Shown here: in pieces, positions 43,911 to 52,826 of the stretch
Layout: every line of letters begins with the position of its first letter
Numbering within the stretch: position 1 is the stretch's first letter
Source: an uncultured bacterium
GTDB lineage: Bacteria > Bacillota_I > Bacilli_A > RFN20 > CAG-826
Direction: 5' to 3'
Length of the DNA: 64,000 nucleotides
Assembly (NCBI GenBank): GCA_949285455.1
Contig: CASDXP010000003.1
Coordinates: 67,210 to 131,209 of the forward strand
Notes under the pieces: model-generated
Database searches by the model: none
Told to the model about the DNA's origin: nothing
What the model saw: only the letters and a program-made list of their open reading frames with translations
Translations under genes and position numbers: made by a program

Positions 43911-44825
43911 ATGGCAAATCCAAATCTTAAAGAAAATAAAATTAAAAGAGCGTTCGCCTTACCACTGCGTGGAATCGTAAGAAGATTATCCCCTATTACT
44001 TATGTAAAATTACAATATCGATATATCACGCACCATAAACTCGATTTAAAAAATCCTGTTCGTTACACTGAAAAACTTCAATACCTTCGCCTCTTTGTCT
44101 ATCCGAACGATCAAAAATATTCTGATCTCGCTGGGCGAGTTCTAGTGAGAGAACACGTAAAGAAACTAGGATATGAAAATTTACTTATTCCTATCTATGG
44201 TGTATTCGATAAATTCGATGATATAGATTTCGATAAGTTACCTAAAAAATTCGTCATAAAATGTTCACACGCTTCAGGTTTTAATGAAATCGTTTTAGAC
44301 AAAGATAAAATTGATAAAAAAGCGTTGAAAAAAAGATTTGATAAATATCTTCGCACTGATAAAGGAAAAATTTGGGTCGAAAAACATTATTCGCATATCA
44401 AACCTCAAATTATCATCGAACAATATTTAGAAGAAAATGAAAGGCTACCCATCGAATATAAAATTCATGTTTTTAATGGCAAGGCCAAATATCTTTACGT
44501 CGTGAGAGACCGCGGTATCGATATTCGTTACGATAATCTTTACATCGATTGGTCGCGCTTTGATGGAGCCCAATTCAATGGTTGGAAAAAAGGCGATACG
44601 CCGCCAGAAAAGCCGCAAAACTTTGACGAATTAGTGAAAATAGCTGAAACTTTAGCTAAAAATGTCGTCTTTTGTCGTGTCGACTTATTTGACGTGAATG
44701 GGAAAATTTATTTTAACGAGATGACTTTTACTCCAGCGAAAGGAACGCTTATCTTCGATGATGATAAAGCCGACTTCGAAATAGGAAGATGGCTTGATAT
44801 AAGCAATTTTTTAAAAAAGAAATGA
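43911..44825 (+). CDS. TupA-like ATP-grasp fold amidoligase
   Basis: About 300 aa; FVIKCSHASGFNEIV...; KIHVFNGKAKYLYV...; FCRVDLFDVNGKIYFNEMTFTPAKG consistent with the ATPgrasp_TupA family found in polysaccharide loci. Confidence 0.5.
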   Translation: MANPNLKENKIKRAFALPLRGIVRRLSPITYVKLQYRYITHHKLDLKNPVRYTEKLQYLRLFVYPNDQKYSDLAGRVLVREHVKKLGYENLLIPIYGVFDKFDDIDFDKLPKKFVIKCSHASGFNEIVLDKDKIDKKALKKRFDKYLRTDKGKIWVEKHYSHIKPQIIIEQYLEENERLPIEYKIHVFNGKAKYLYVVRDRGIDIRYDNLYIDWSRFDGAQFNGWKKGDTPPEKPQNFDELVKIAETLAKNVVFCRVDLFDVNGKIYFNEMTFTPAKGTLIFDDDKADFEIGRWLDISNFLKKK

Positions 44826-44869
44826 GCCCGACATGGACTCATTTTTTAAATACTATTTTCTTTTAAATT

Positions 44870-45847
44870 TTAATACCAATTTGCGAATGGGAAGTTTACT
44901 TCGTAAGCTAAGATGTTGAAAGTATCTAAACTGACACCTTCTGCTTGAGGAACATCCACTAGATCATAACGTAAGCCAAAACCGACGATACGGCTAGAAA
45001 TTTCTTGCATAGCTACGTCCGCATAAAAGCCAGCAAAGCAATAATCGCGATGTACATCGCCCATGTCAGCTTTGATGTTTAAATTGCTCAGTTTAAAAGC
45101 ATGTCGCACGTAAGGCTTTGAAGATGACGCATCCGCTCTAACATACAAATCAAAATATAGATCGATGACAAACGGCTTATCCCAACCCACAGTTCCATTA
45201 GATGTATTTGTCGCACCTCTTAAATTGAGAGCGAAGAAATTATTGAGCGACTTGCTATCAGAAACGCTAGGATTAGATGAGTGTAAACTTAACTCTTTTG
45301 GAAACTTCATGTTGAAGCCACCTTCTAAATTTTCATCTTCGATCATGTCGTTAGAGGCTTCATCATAAACGTAGCCATTTTCGGCAAATTGAATACGTCT
45401 AAAAACTCCTTCACCATCGCAGAAAATATAACCATCGAAAAGACGAGATAAAATACCAGTCGAAGCAAAAGATGGCTGAGCTCTAGTAATTTTCATCGTC
45501 GCACCATATTCTTTTCCATAATAGGATGGATTATTATAATAATCTTCTTCGTAACTTAAATCTTCGTATTTATTAAATTCATAGAAATTAGGATCGTTTA
45601 CACCCTTAAAGTAAGTTCCTTCTTCTAGCACATGTTCGATTGTATCGTATGTATCATTAGAAAAATCTTTTTCTTGGAAGATATTAAGTTTAAATTCTTC
45701 AACTGAAGTATGATTGTAATCCGTATTACTGTAAGTTTTAACACAGGAAGTTAAAGTTAATAATAGGGAAAAAGTTGAAACTAGAAAGATAACTTTATTA
45801 TTTTTCATCACGTTTTTCCTCCTCAATTTCGCTAAAAATAGATTCAC
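44870..45847 (-). CDS. hypothetical lipoprotein
   Basis: Signal peptide with lipobox LTLTSC; Y/D/N-rich mature region; start may be the internal MKNNKVIF. Confidence 0.35.
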   Translation of the reverse strand: MNLFLAKLRRKNVMKNNKVIFLVSTFSLLLTLTSCVKTYSNTDYNHTSVEEFKLNIFQEKDFSNDTYDTIEHVLEEGTYFKGVNDPNFYEFNKYEDLSYEEDYYNNPSYYGKEYGATMKITRAQPSFASTGILSRLFDGYIFCDGEGVFRRIQFAENGYVYDEASNDMIEDENLEGGFNMKFPKELSLHSSNPSVSDSKSLNNFFALNLRGATNTSNGTVGWDKPFVIDLYFDLYVRADASSSKPYVRHAFKLSNLNIKADMGDVHRDYCFAGFYADVAMQEISSRIVGFGLRYDLVDVPQAEGVSLDTFNILAYEVNFPFANWY

Positions 45848-47279
45848 TTAAAGAAGATTCAATCTCCACAGCTTCTTCTTTATCCACTTGCATTTCATTA
45901 AGCTTTGCATCGTTTAATGGCGTAGCTTCTTTCAACTCTATTTCCTTTGCTTTTCTTGTATAAGTAAAGCTATAACCGATGAAGAAGAACGCTACCAAAG
46001 TAAGTGGGAAAGTTGAATATGACATATAACGTCCTTCGACAGTGTATGGAATGCTTTGATAGAAGAATAAAGTGTAAACAAAATAACTTGCGACGAATAA
46101 TACAATCATCATCCTAATGTGCATAGGTGCTTGATTAAACCTTAGATAACGTTGCAAAGAAATAAATGCAAAGACGATAAATATAAGAAGGGAGATGAAA
46201 GCGAAGAAGCCAGCTTCATTTATCACATCGAAAATAAATGAGCCTGTCCCATGACCATAAGTTCTAGTTGAGCCGAACAAGAAACCTATGACTCCACCAT
46301 TATTGAAATTAGAAATAGGATTGGAGAAATCTAACACTAATTTAATGTTTTGAGCGTAACGGTTTTCATTAAATAGATAGTTTAATAAACTATTTTCTGC
46401 AATAAAAGATTTGATAGACGCAAAAGAGTTTCCCGTTTGAGCGTTCATAATTAAGATGACGAAAACGATGAGGAAGACCGCTAAGACTAAAATAGCAAGA
46501 ATATTAACAATCCATCGTCCAATATTATTTTTCTTCACGAAGCGAACGTAAAGAGCAAAAAGTAATCCAACAAATAAAACAATTAAAGCTTTAATAGAGG
46601 GGATAAAAACAAGACTAAGAAGTCCTAAACCACCAAAGATGGCGAATAGGACAAACCTTTTTAAATTCTTGCGCGGGGAGATAAATAATAAAGCCGGAAG
46701 ACAAGACGCTAAGACGAGAGCGTAGACATTGACGAAATCGATATCCATCATCTGAGCGTTGGTGATTTGAGAAATCCATAAGCCGATGTCAGAAAGAAGT
46801 AACATCTCACCATCATAATAAATATAACGACCCGCATATATTTGAGCGTAAAATGGTCCATAGTTCGCTAAAGTGACGATTAAAGAGATAGAAGTAATGA
46901 ACGCTAAAGCGCCAAACAAGACGAGCAGGGCTGTTTCCATCTTAAAATCTTTATCTTGTTTTAGTGAAATACCAGCGAAGATAAATGATAATGGTCCAAC
47001 AAATGATACGAGGATAGATAAAATATTAGAGTTAGAGATAAAGAAGCGTGAAAAAGCTGAAAATGCAATGTAGAGAATAAAAGGAATAGTAAATAGCAAT
47101 AATGCGATTTTATCTTTCTTTTTAAAAAGGATGACGTAAGGAATTAAAAATATCGCACCGAGGAAACCTAATATCGTCCAAATTTCAGAAAAATCGCCTA
47201 GATTAATTGCTACTAAAGCTAAAATTTCCATGAAGAGGAAGCCAATAAATGAGCCGTTTCGTTTAATAAAACTTAGCAT
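45798..47279 (-). CDS. polytopic membrane protein, divergent Wzy_C/O-antigen-ligase-like, acidic C-terminal tail
   Basis: At least 10 TM helices; loop GSTRTYGHGTGSFIFDVINEAGFFAFISLLIF resembles the WaaL/Wzy_C loop (GxGxGsF...E.G..G) with the HN replaced; C-terminal EIELKEATPLND...EIEEEKRDEK. Confidence 0.35.
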   Translation of the reverse strand: MLSFIKRNGSFIGFLFMEILALVAINLGDFSEIWTILGFLGAIFLIPYVILFKKKDKIALLLFTIPFILYIAFSAFSRFFISNSNILSILVSFVGPLSFIFAGISLKQDKDFKMETALLVLFGALAFITSISLIVTLANYGPFYAQIYAGRYIYYDGEMLLLSDIGLWISQITNAQMMDIDFVNVYALVLASCLPALLFISPRKNLKRFVLFAIFGGLGLLSLVFIPSIKALIVLFVGLLFALYVRFVKKNNIGRWIVNILAILVLAVFLIVFVILIMNAQTGNSFASIKSFIAENSLLNYLFNENRYAQNIKLVLDFSNPISNFNNGGVIGFLFGSTRTYGHGTGSFIFDVINEAGFFAFISLLIFIVFAFISLQRYLRFNQAPMHIRMMIVLFVASYFVYTLFFYQSIPYTVEGRYMSYSTFPLTLVAFFFIGYSFTYTRKAKEIELKEATPLNDAKLNEMQVDKEEAVEIESSLSESIFSEIEEEKRDEK

Positions 47280-47338
47280 ATTAATACCTCATTTTTTTTT
47301 ATTTTTTAATCATATCACAAATATATTGTAAACATTAA

Positions 47339-47539
47339 CTAAAAGAAACGACGATCAGCTTTATGACGAAAATAAATCTCCTGCATCCTTTTTAAAGAAA
47401 CTTTATTCTTACCTTTTTCTAACGTTGGATCTGCTTCTTGTTTCAAATCCACTTGCCAACCACAAACTGGGCAAAATCCCGTCAAAGCTCCTTCGTTTCG
47501 TGTAAATTCACCACAACATGGACAAGGTTTTAAAGGCAT
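47339..47539 (-). CDS. cysteine-rich CPCC-family zinc-ribbon protein
   Basis: CPCCGEF...CPVCGWQVD two Cys pairs. Confidence 0.5.
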   Translation of the reverse strand: MPLKPCPCCGEFTRNEGALTGFCPVCGWQVDLKQEADPTLEKGKNKVSLKRMQEIYFRHKADRRFF

Positions 47540-47542
47540 AAA

Positions 47543-48427
47543 TTATTCTTCTTCCTCAAGATATTTTTTAATCTCTTCTAGTTTATTCTTTGCGTCATTT
47601 TTTCCCATCTCATAAGTAAAATCTAAATTCTTTTCATCCTTATCGCTTGCTAAAACGCTATTGATAGAAGGGATAGGTCTTGAAGGAGCGATGAGCAACA
47701 ACTTACCTTCACTTTCGAATTTATAAAGTTCTTCGAGATTTTTATTATATTGGATAGGATAATTATAAATTCTTGAAGAGAAATTAGGATATTTTGCAAA
47801 ATGTAAAGTTGTGAACTTTGTCATTTTAGAATTTTGTTTTTTCTCTACATCCGCGCGATAACTACGATCGCGTGTCGAGACGACGACGACTTTACTCGCA
47901 CCATCTTCAATCGCTTTTTTGAAAGGGATGCCATCCGCATAACCACCATCGAGATAATAATCATCACCAATCTTTACTTTTTGGGAGACAATAGCGATGC
48001 TACTAGAAGCTTTAGAAGCAAGAAACATATCATCATTTTTATAATTATAAAAATAATTTGCCTCACCTGTTCTTAAATTCGTTGCCACATAACAAATTTC
48101 TACTTTTGTATTTTTAAAGGTTTCAAAATCAAATGGCCATTCATCATTAAGATATTCGTAGAACATATATTGAAAATTAAAGAAACTACGACATTTAACT
48201 AAATTTAGGATGGAAGCAAGTTTATGATTGCTAAGTGAATCTTTCAATAAACGATACGAACGTCCCTTTTGCTTAGTTACATAAGAAAAAGTGCATAGGG
48301 AACCGGCACTGACACCGATGATGTAATCAAATTCTACACCTTCTTCTAAGAAAGCATCTAATACCCCTGCACTATAAGCGCAGCGAAGCGCTCCACCTTG
48401 TAATACTAAAGCTCGTTTTTCTTTCAT
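47543..48427 (-). CDS. patatin-like phospholipase
   Basis: Oxyanion GGALRCAYSAGVLDAF and nucleophile GVSAGS (GxSxG); catalytic Asp region DGGYADGIP. Confidence 0.7.
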   Translation of the reverse strand: MKEKRALVLQGGALRCAYSAGVLDAFLEEGVEFDYIIGVSAGSLCTFSYVTKQKGRSYRLLKDSLSNHKLASILNLVKCRSFFNFQYMFYEYLNDEWPFDFETFKNTKVEICYVATNLRTGEANYFYNYKNDDMFLASKASSSIAIVSQKVKIGDDYYLDGGYADGIPFKKAIEDGASKVVVVSTRDRSYRADVEKKQNSKMTKFTTLHFAKYPNFSSRIYNYPIQYNKNLEELYKFESEGKLLLIAPSRPIPSINSVLASDKDEKNLDFTYEMGKNDAKNKLEEIKKYLEEEE

Positions 48428-49707
48428 AAACTAATTTGTTTTAAAATCATCGGTCCTAAAACATCGATTTCATCATTATTGCCGACGTTAATTATATTAT
48501 GTGTTGGATTTAATAAATCAATATATTTACCACGTGGAATTTTAACTTTTTGCATTTCATTAGAAAAATTAAATAGACCATAGAATCTCGTCTTAGGGGC
48601 AAAGCCTGTCGCTAATACAAAGTTTTTAAGAGGTGTTTTAATAAAACAGAACTCATCTAATTTGCGATAATCTTTGCTCTTCTTAATGCGAATTAATTTC
48701 TTTATAAAGTTATAGAAGTTTTTATCTCCACTTCTTTTAATTGTTCTTTTTTCAAATAAAGGCGGTCTAACATCATCTTCATATTCTTCACCAGCGTATA
48801 AGAAAGTTACACCTTTGATGAAAAAATTATAGGCGGTTATACTTTTTAAGGCGTTGCCAGAAAAATATTTAGCGATACGTTCAGTGTCGTGATTTTCTAA
48901 ACAATTTAATTTTAAGAAATCTTCAGGATAAGTTTTTTCTTGTTCATCGATCGTTTTGAGCACGCGCTGTAATGTGTCTTGATCTTTATGTTCAAAATAA
49001 TGCATGAAGTCGAAAAGATAATTGTAGTTATATGTCGCATCAAAAGTTGGGAATAAATTGACATCTTCCTCACAATAATAGCCTTGAGAATGGAGATGTT
49101 CGATAAAATCAGGAGCGACACTTTCACCAATAAAAATAACTCTTTTGCCTAATTCCTTTCTCGCTCTCTTAAAAAATTTAAGAGGTATTAAAGAACAGAC
49201 ATCGAATCTAAAGCCATCAATTTTCAACTTACGATAGAATTTTAAAACCCCTAGTAAGTAAGATAAAACTTCTTCGTTTTCTAAATCTAGATCCATGACG
49301 TCAGACCAATCACCAACGCGATTAGCCTTCCCACCTTTTGAAATTAAATAATATTCTGGATGTTCTTTATATAACTTCGCGTCTCTAGAAGTATGATTAA
49401 AAACCATATCTAAGATAACTTTCATCTTCAAAGAATGCGCCTTTTCCACGAGAGATGATAAATCATCTAATGTACCTAAATCAGGTGATACTTCTAAATA
49501 ATTTTCTATCGAATATGGGCTGCCATATTTGCCCTTACGATTAAGTTTTCCAATAGGGTGGATTGGTAATAAATAAATAATATCGATACCTAAAGCTTTA
49601 ATTCTTTCTAAATCGTTTTCTACTGCTTTAAGCGTTCCTTCATCCGAATAATTTCTGGGAAAAATTTGATAGACCACTCTCGATTTTAAATAATTGTAAT
49701 TACGCAT
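48424..49707 (-). CDS. glycoside hydrolase family 13 (alpha-amylase superfamily) enzyme
   Basis: VYQIFPRNYSDEG; KVILDMVFNHTS; DGFRFDVCS (nucleophile Asp); GESV (acid/base Glu); LENHD. Confidence 0.7.
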   Translation of the reverse strand: MRNYNYLKSRVVYQIFPRNYSDEGTLKAVENDLERIKALGIDIIYLLPIHPIGKLNRKGKYGSPYSIENYLEVSPDLGTLDDLSSLVEKAHSLKMKVILDMVFNHTSRDAKLYKEHPEYYLISKGGKANRVGDWSDVMDLDLENEEVLSYLLGVLKFYRKLKIDGFRFDVCSLIPLKFFKRARKELGKRVIFIGESVAPDFIEHLHSQGYYCEEDVNLFPTFDATYNYNYLFDFMHYFEHKDQDTLQRVLKTIDEQEKTYPEDFLKLNCLENHDTERIAKYFSGNALKSITAYNFFIKGVTFLYAGEEYEDDVRPPLFEKRTIKRSGDKNFYNFIKKLIRIKKSKDYRKLDEFCFIKTPLKNFVLATGFAPKTRFYGLFNFSNEMQKVKIPRGKYIDLLNPTHNIINVGNNDEIDVLGPMILKQISL

Positions 49708-49860
49708 AATACATCAACCTTTCAATAATTTATAATCATCGATATATCTGATAATAATTTACACTATATTTAATTTATAAAAAAGTCATAAAATTGTGTA
49801 AACATTTTTTCTTAATAAAGCTATAATTTAAAAGTATTTTAAAAATGGGGAGAATAATAC

Positions 49861-50376
49861 ATGAAAACACTCATCGTCTTAAGTGCCTTACCCGGTGCAG
49901 GAAAATCAACTTATTCAGAACAATTTAGAAGGACGCATAAAAATGTCTACGTCGTCTCAAGCGATGAAATACGTAAAGAACTAACTGGTGAATATCAAAA
50001 CTTCACGATGGAAAAAGAAGTTTGGGAGACGTATTTAAAAAGATTAAATGAATATGCTTTAAAAGATTTAGATGATTTAACCGTCATCGCAGATGCGACG
50101 AATCCGACGAACTATTTTAGAAAATATTATTACGAAAATACATTTAACTACGATGAGAAAATTCTCGTTTGCATCTTCAAACCTTGGGAACTTCTTCTCA
50201 AACAAAACATGATGAGAAATGAGAAGAAAATTGTTCCGATGCATGCGATGGAAAAATTAAGAGCAGAATGGGAAGATCCAAATGACGAAATAATTGGACT
50301 ATACGATCAATATCTAAGAATCAATCGTTGGTTCTCTTCAGATAAAGTACCACAAAAATTTTATTATAAGGATTAG
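49861..50376 (+). CDS. P-loop kinase-like ATP-binding protein (AAA_33/PNK-like)
   Basis: Walker A ALPGAGKSTY; 171 aa. Confidence 0.5.
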   Translation: MKTLIVLSALPGAGKSTYSEQFRRTHKNVYVVSSDEIRKELTGEYQNFTMEKEVWETYLKRLNEYALKDLDDLTVIADATNPTNYFRKYYYENTFNYDEKILVCIFKPWELLLKQNMMRNEKKIVPMHAMEKLRAEWEDPNDEIIGLYDQYLRINRWFSSDKVPQKFYYKD

Positions 50377-50382
50377 TAAACT

Positions 50383-51105
50383 ATGGATTATCGTACATTC
50401 GAAAAAAAATATGTTCCTATTCAAAATGTCTTAGATTGTTACGATTATCTTTCCCCATGTGGCATTTTAGATATCGTTCAAGATATCGCTGGTCGACATG
50501 CGAACGCTTTAAATATCGGTTTTTATGATTTAATTAAAAAAGATATTACTTGGGTAATCGCACGAACAAAAATTGAAGTATTAGATTTTCCTAAATATGC
50601 AACTGATATCTTAGTAAAAACTTGGCCTCGTCGCCCTGGGCGATTCGATTGCGACCGTGACTATCAAATTATCGATGAAGACGGTAAGGTGTGCGTCAAA
50701 GTTACATCTAAATGGGTCGTCATCAACATCAAGACACGCAGAATGGTTTCCCCTAATGACATATTTGACCGCGATGGGATATATGAAGATGAAGTTAACT
50801 TCGAGAGCGTTAATGGGTTACGTTTCACACTTGATAGAATAGATATTCATTATCCAGTTAAAGTCACGATGACTATGCTAGATCATAATATGCACATGAA
50901 CAATTCTCGTTACGGTGAAATAATTTATGATGCCCTAAAATTAAAAGAAGATGAAGTCATTAAAACGTTTGAAATAAATTATCATAAAGAATGTCGTTTA
51001 GATGATGAATTAAACGTTTTAATTAAAAGAGAAAATAAAGAAATTTTTATCGACATTAAAAAAGATGATGAATTGAAAGCCAAAGCTTACATCACCTTAT
51101 TTTAA
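50383..51105 (+). CDS. acyl-ACP thioesterase (hotdog fold)
   Basis: 240 aa; N-terminal region ...DIVQDIAGRHANALNIGFYDLIKKDITWVIARTKIEVLDFPKYATDILVKTWP collinear with acyl-ACP thioesterase family. Confidence 0.55.
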   Translation: MDYRTFEKKYVPIQNVLDCYDYLSPCGILDIVQDIAGRHANALNIGFYDLIKKDITWVIARTKIEVLDFPKYATDILVKTWPRRPGRFDCDRDYQIIDEDGKVCVKVTSKWVVINIKTRRMVSPNDIFDRDGIYEDEVNFESVNGLRFTLDRIDIHYPVKVTMTMLDHNMHMNNSRYGEIIYDALKLKEDEVIKTFEINYHKECRLDDELNVLIKRENKEIFIDIKKDDELKAKAYITLF

Positions 51106-51449
51106 AAACATTCTTTTATTTCAATATTTCTTATATTTTTAAATAGAATTCGATGATTAATTGTATAGATAAGTTTTAAATAATTATCTATTTTCGTGAC
51201 GACCTCATCAATCGTATAATACCTTTCATCTTCCTTATTAAAATAAGTAACTTCTATACGCATCCCAGGACGAATAAAATGTAAAATTTCATCAATTTCT
51301 TGGGCTTTTTCTTCCAAGATAATAGTGGGCACGTCTTTTTTAATTTCTGCTTCTTTTAAAGCCTCATGAAAAGATGATAAAGATTCGAATGGCAAAAATA
51401 TTTTGGCACGTATATGATTAGGCATCTTCCCCACTGGCGTGTCCTCCAA
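51102..51449 (-). CDS. YolD-like protein
   Basis: 115-aa ORF immediately downstream of and overlapping the Y-family polymerase gene, as yqjX/yolD follow yqjW/uvrX in Bacillus. Confidence 0.45.
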   Translation of the reverse strand: MEDTPVGKMPNHIRAKIFLPFESLSSFHEALKEAEIKKDVPTIILEEKAQEIDEILHFIRPGMRIEVTYFNKEDERYYTIDEVVTKIDNYLKLIYTINHRILFKNIRNIEIKECF

Positions 51450-52701
51450 TAAGTTTATTTCTCGTTATACCAGTCGCGTTATTTAATAGATTTATACCAC
51501 GTAAAATCGCATTTTTACCAAATTTATCACGAATTTTATTCATCGTCTTTTCCAATTGAACTTCTTTTACTTCCGCTTCATCGCTAAAGAATAAATTAGA
51601 GGTAATATCGCTTTCTTCATAGATTGAAGATAATCCGAGATGAATCGATCTAATAGTGCGAGATTTATCTACCTTTAACGCAAATAATTCTAAGAAAAAA
51701 TATTTTAGCCTATCATAAGTTTGAGAGATGATTGGTAAAACTTTTGTGCCGCCGCTAGAAAGAGGTAGCCCATTAGAGTAACCAACGTATAAAGAAATAC
51801 TTCGACAAGCTTTATGAGCTTTATTAATACGTAACGATAATTCATTTACCATTTCTAACATCACCACTTTAGCATCATCGTAACTATAATCTTTAAAAAG
51901 GATTTGCGAAGAAGAAAATGATTTGGCTTGAGGAACATAGTTTTTAATATCTTTCATCGTCACGCTTTCTTTTCCATAAGCGTGATCAATCAAAAGTTCT
52001 GCATCCACCCCAAATTCTTTATAAAGTAAAGATTCATCCGCTTCGCGTATAGCTTTTAAAGTAGTGATACCGAATTTGTTTTTTAGCCTATTCGCGATGC
52101 CGTTTGCGATCATCCAAAAATCAGTTATAGGTGTGTGTTCGTTTAATTGTTTCACATATTTATTTTCATCTAAAAAATATACACCATTACGTTCTTTTTT
52201 GGCATAGATATCTAAAGCGATTTTAGCAAGATATAAATTTGTTCCTATTCCACACGTCGCCATTAAACCAATTTCATCTTTAATCTTATCAATTAAAAAA
52301 GACGCAAATTGTTCTTTATTCATACGATATAAAGATAAGTATTTGCTCACATCTAAAAACATTTCATCGATCGAATAGACGTGTATATCTTCCTTAGCGA
52401 TATATCGTTGATATAACTTATATATTCTTACAGCATAATCGATATATAACTTCATCTGTGGCTTTGCGATAATATATTTCTTCTCTTTTGGTATTTCAAA
52501 TAAACGGCAACGATTTTTGACCCCTTCTTTTTTAAGATGATAAGATACTGCGAGACAAAGCGCGCCTTTTCCTCGACTTACATCCGCCACAACAAGATTT
52601 TCTTCAAGCGGATTTAAATCTCTTTCAACACATTCACAAGACGCATAAAAAGATCTTAAATCGATACAAAAATATATTTTACTTTCTATTGAATCTTTCA
52701 T
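51418..52701 (-). CDS. Y-family (UmuC/DinB-like) translesion DNA polymerase
   Basis: FCIDLRSFYASCECVERDLNP (the DMDAFFASVE-equivalent catalytic Asp region); palm and little-finger regions follow. Confidence 0.8.
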   Translation of the reverse strand: MKDSIESKIYFCIDLRSFYASCECVERDLNPLEENLVVADVSRGKGALCLAVSYHLKKEGVKNRCRLFEIPKEKKYIIAKPQMKLYIDYAVRIYKLYQRYIAKEDIHVYSIDEMFLDVSKYLSLYRMNKEQFASFLIDKIKDEIGLMATCGIGTNLYLAKIALDIYAKKERNGVYFLDENKYVKQLNEHTPITDFWMIANGIANRLKNKFGITTLKAIREADESLLYKEFGVDAELLIDHAYGKESVTMKDIKNYVPQAKSFSSSQILFKDYSYDDAKVVMLEMVNELSLRINKAHKACRSISLYVGYSNGLPLSSGGTKVLPIISQTYDRLKYFFLELFALKVDKSRTIRSIHLGLSSIYEESDITSNLFFSDEAEVKEVQLEKTMNKIRDKFGKNAILRGINLLNNATGITRNKLIGGHASGEDA

Positions 52702-52826
52702 CGCTTTATTACCTCTAAGGTAGGTGCTTATAGTCTAGTAAGTAAATATTAATCAACAAAGAAAAATACTTGTGATATTTAGACGTTGTCTAATTTTCAA
52801 AATTGTCAATATAAATAATTAATTTT

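Noticed and set aside
44870-47279. Reading the overlapping 325-aa and 493-aa ORFs as fragments of one frameshifted gene.
   Set aside because: The 325-aa ORF begins with its own signal peptide and lipobox, and the upstream protein ends in a complete acidic tail. They are two distinct proteins with a 50-bp overlap.
52702-52826. Search for a LexA/Cheo box (GAAC-N4-GTTC) upstream of the Y-family polymerase gene.
   Set aside because: No match in the 125-bp upstream region, so an SOS-box annotation is not supportable.
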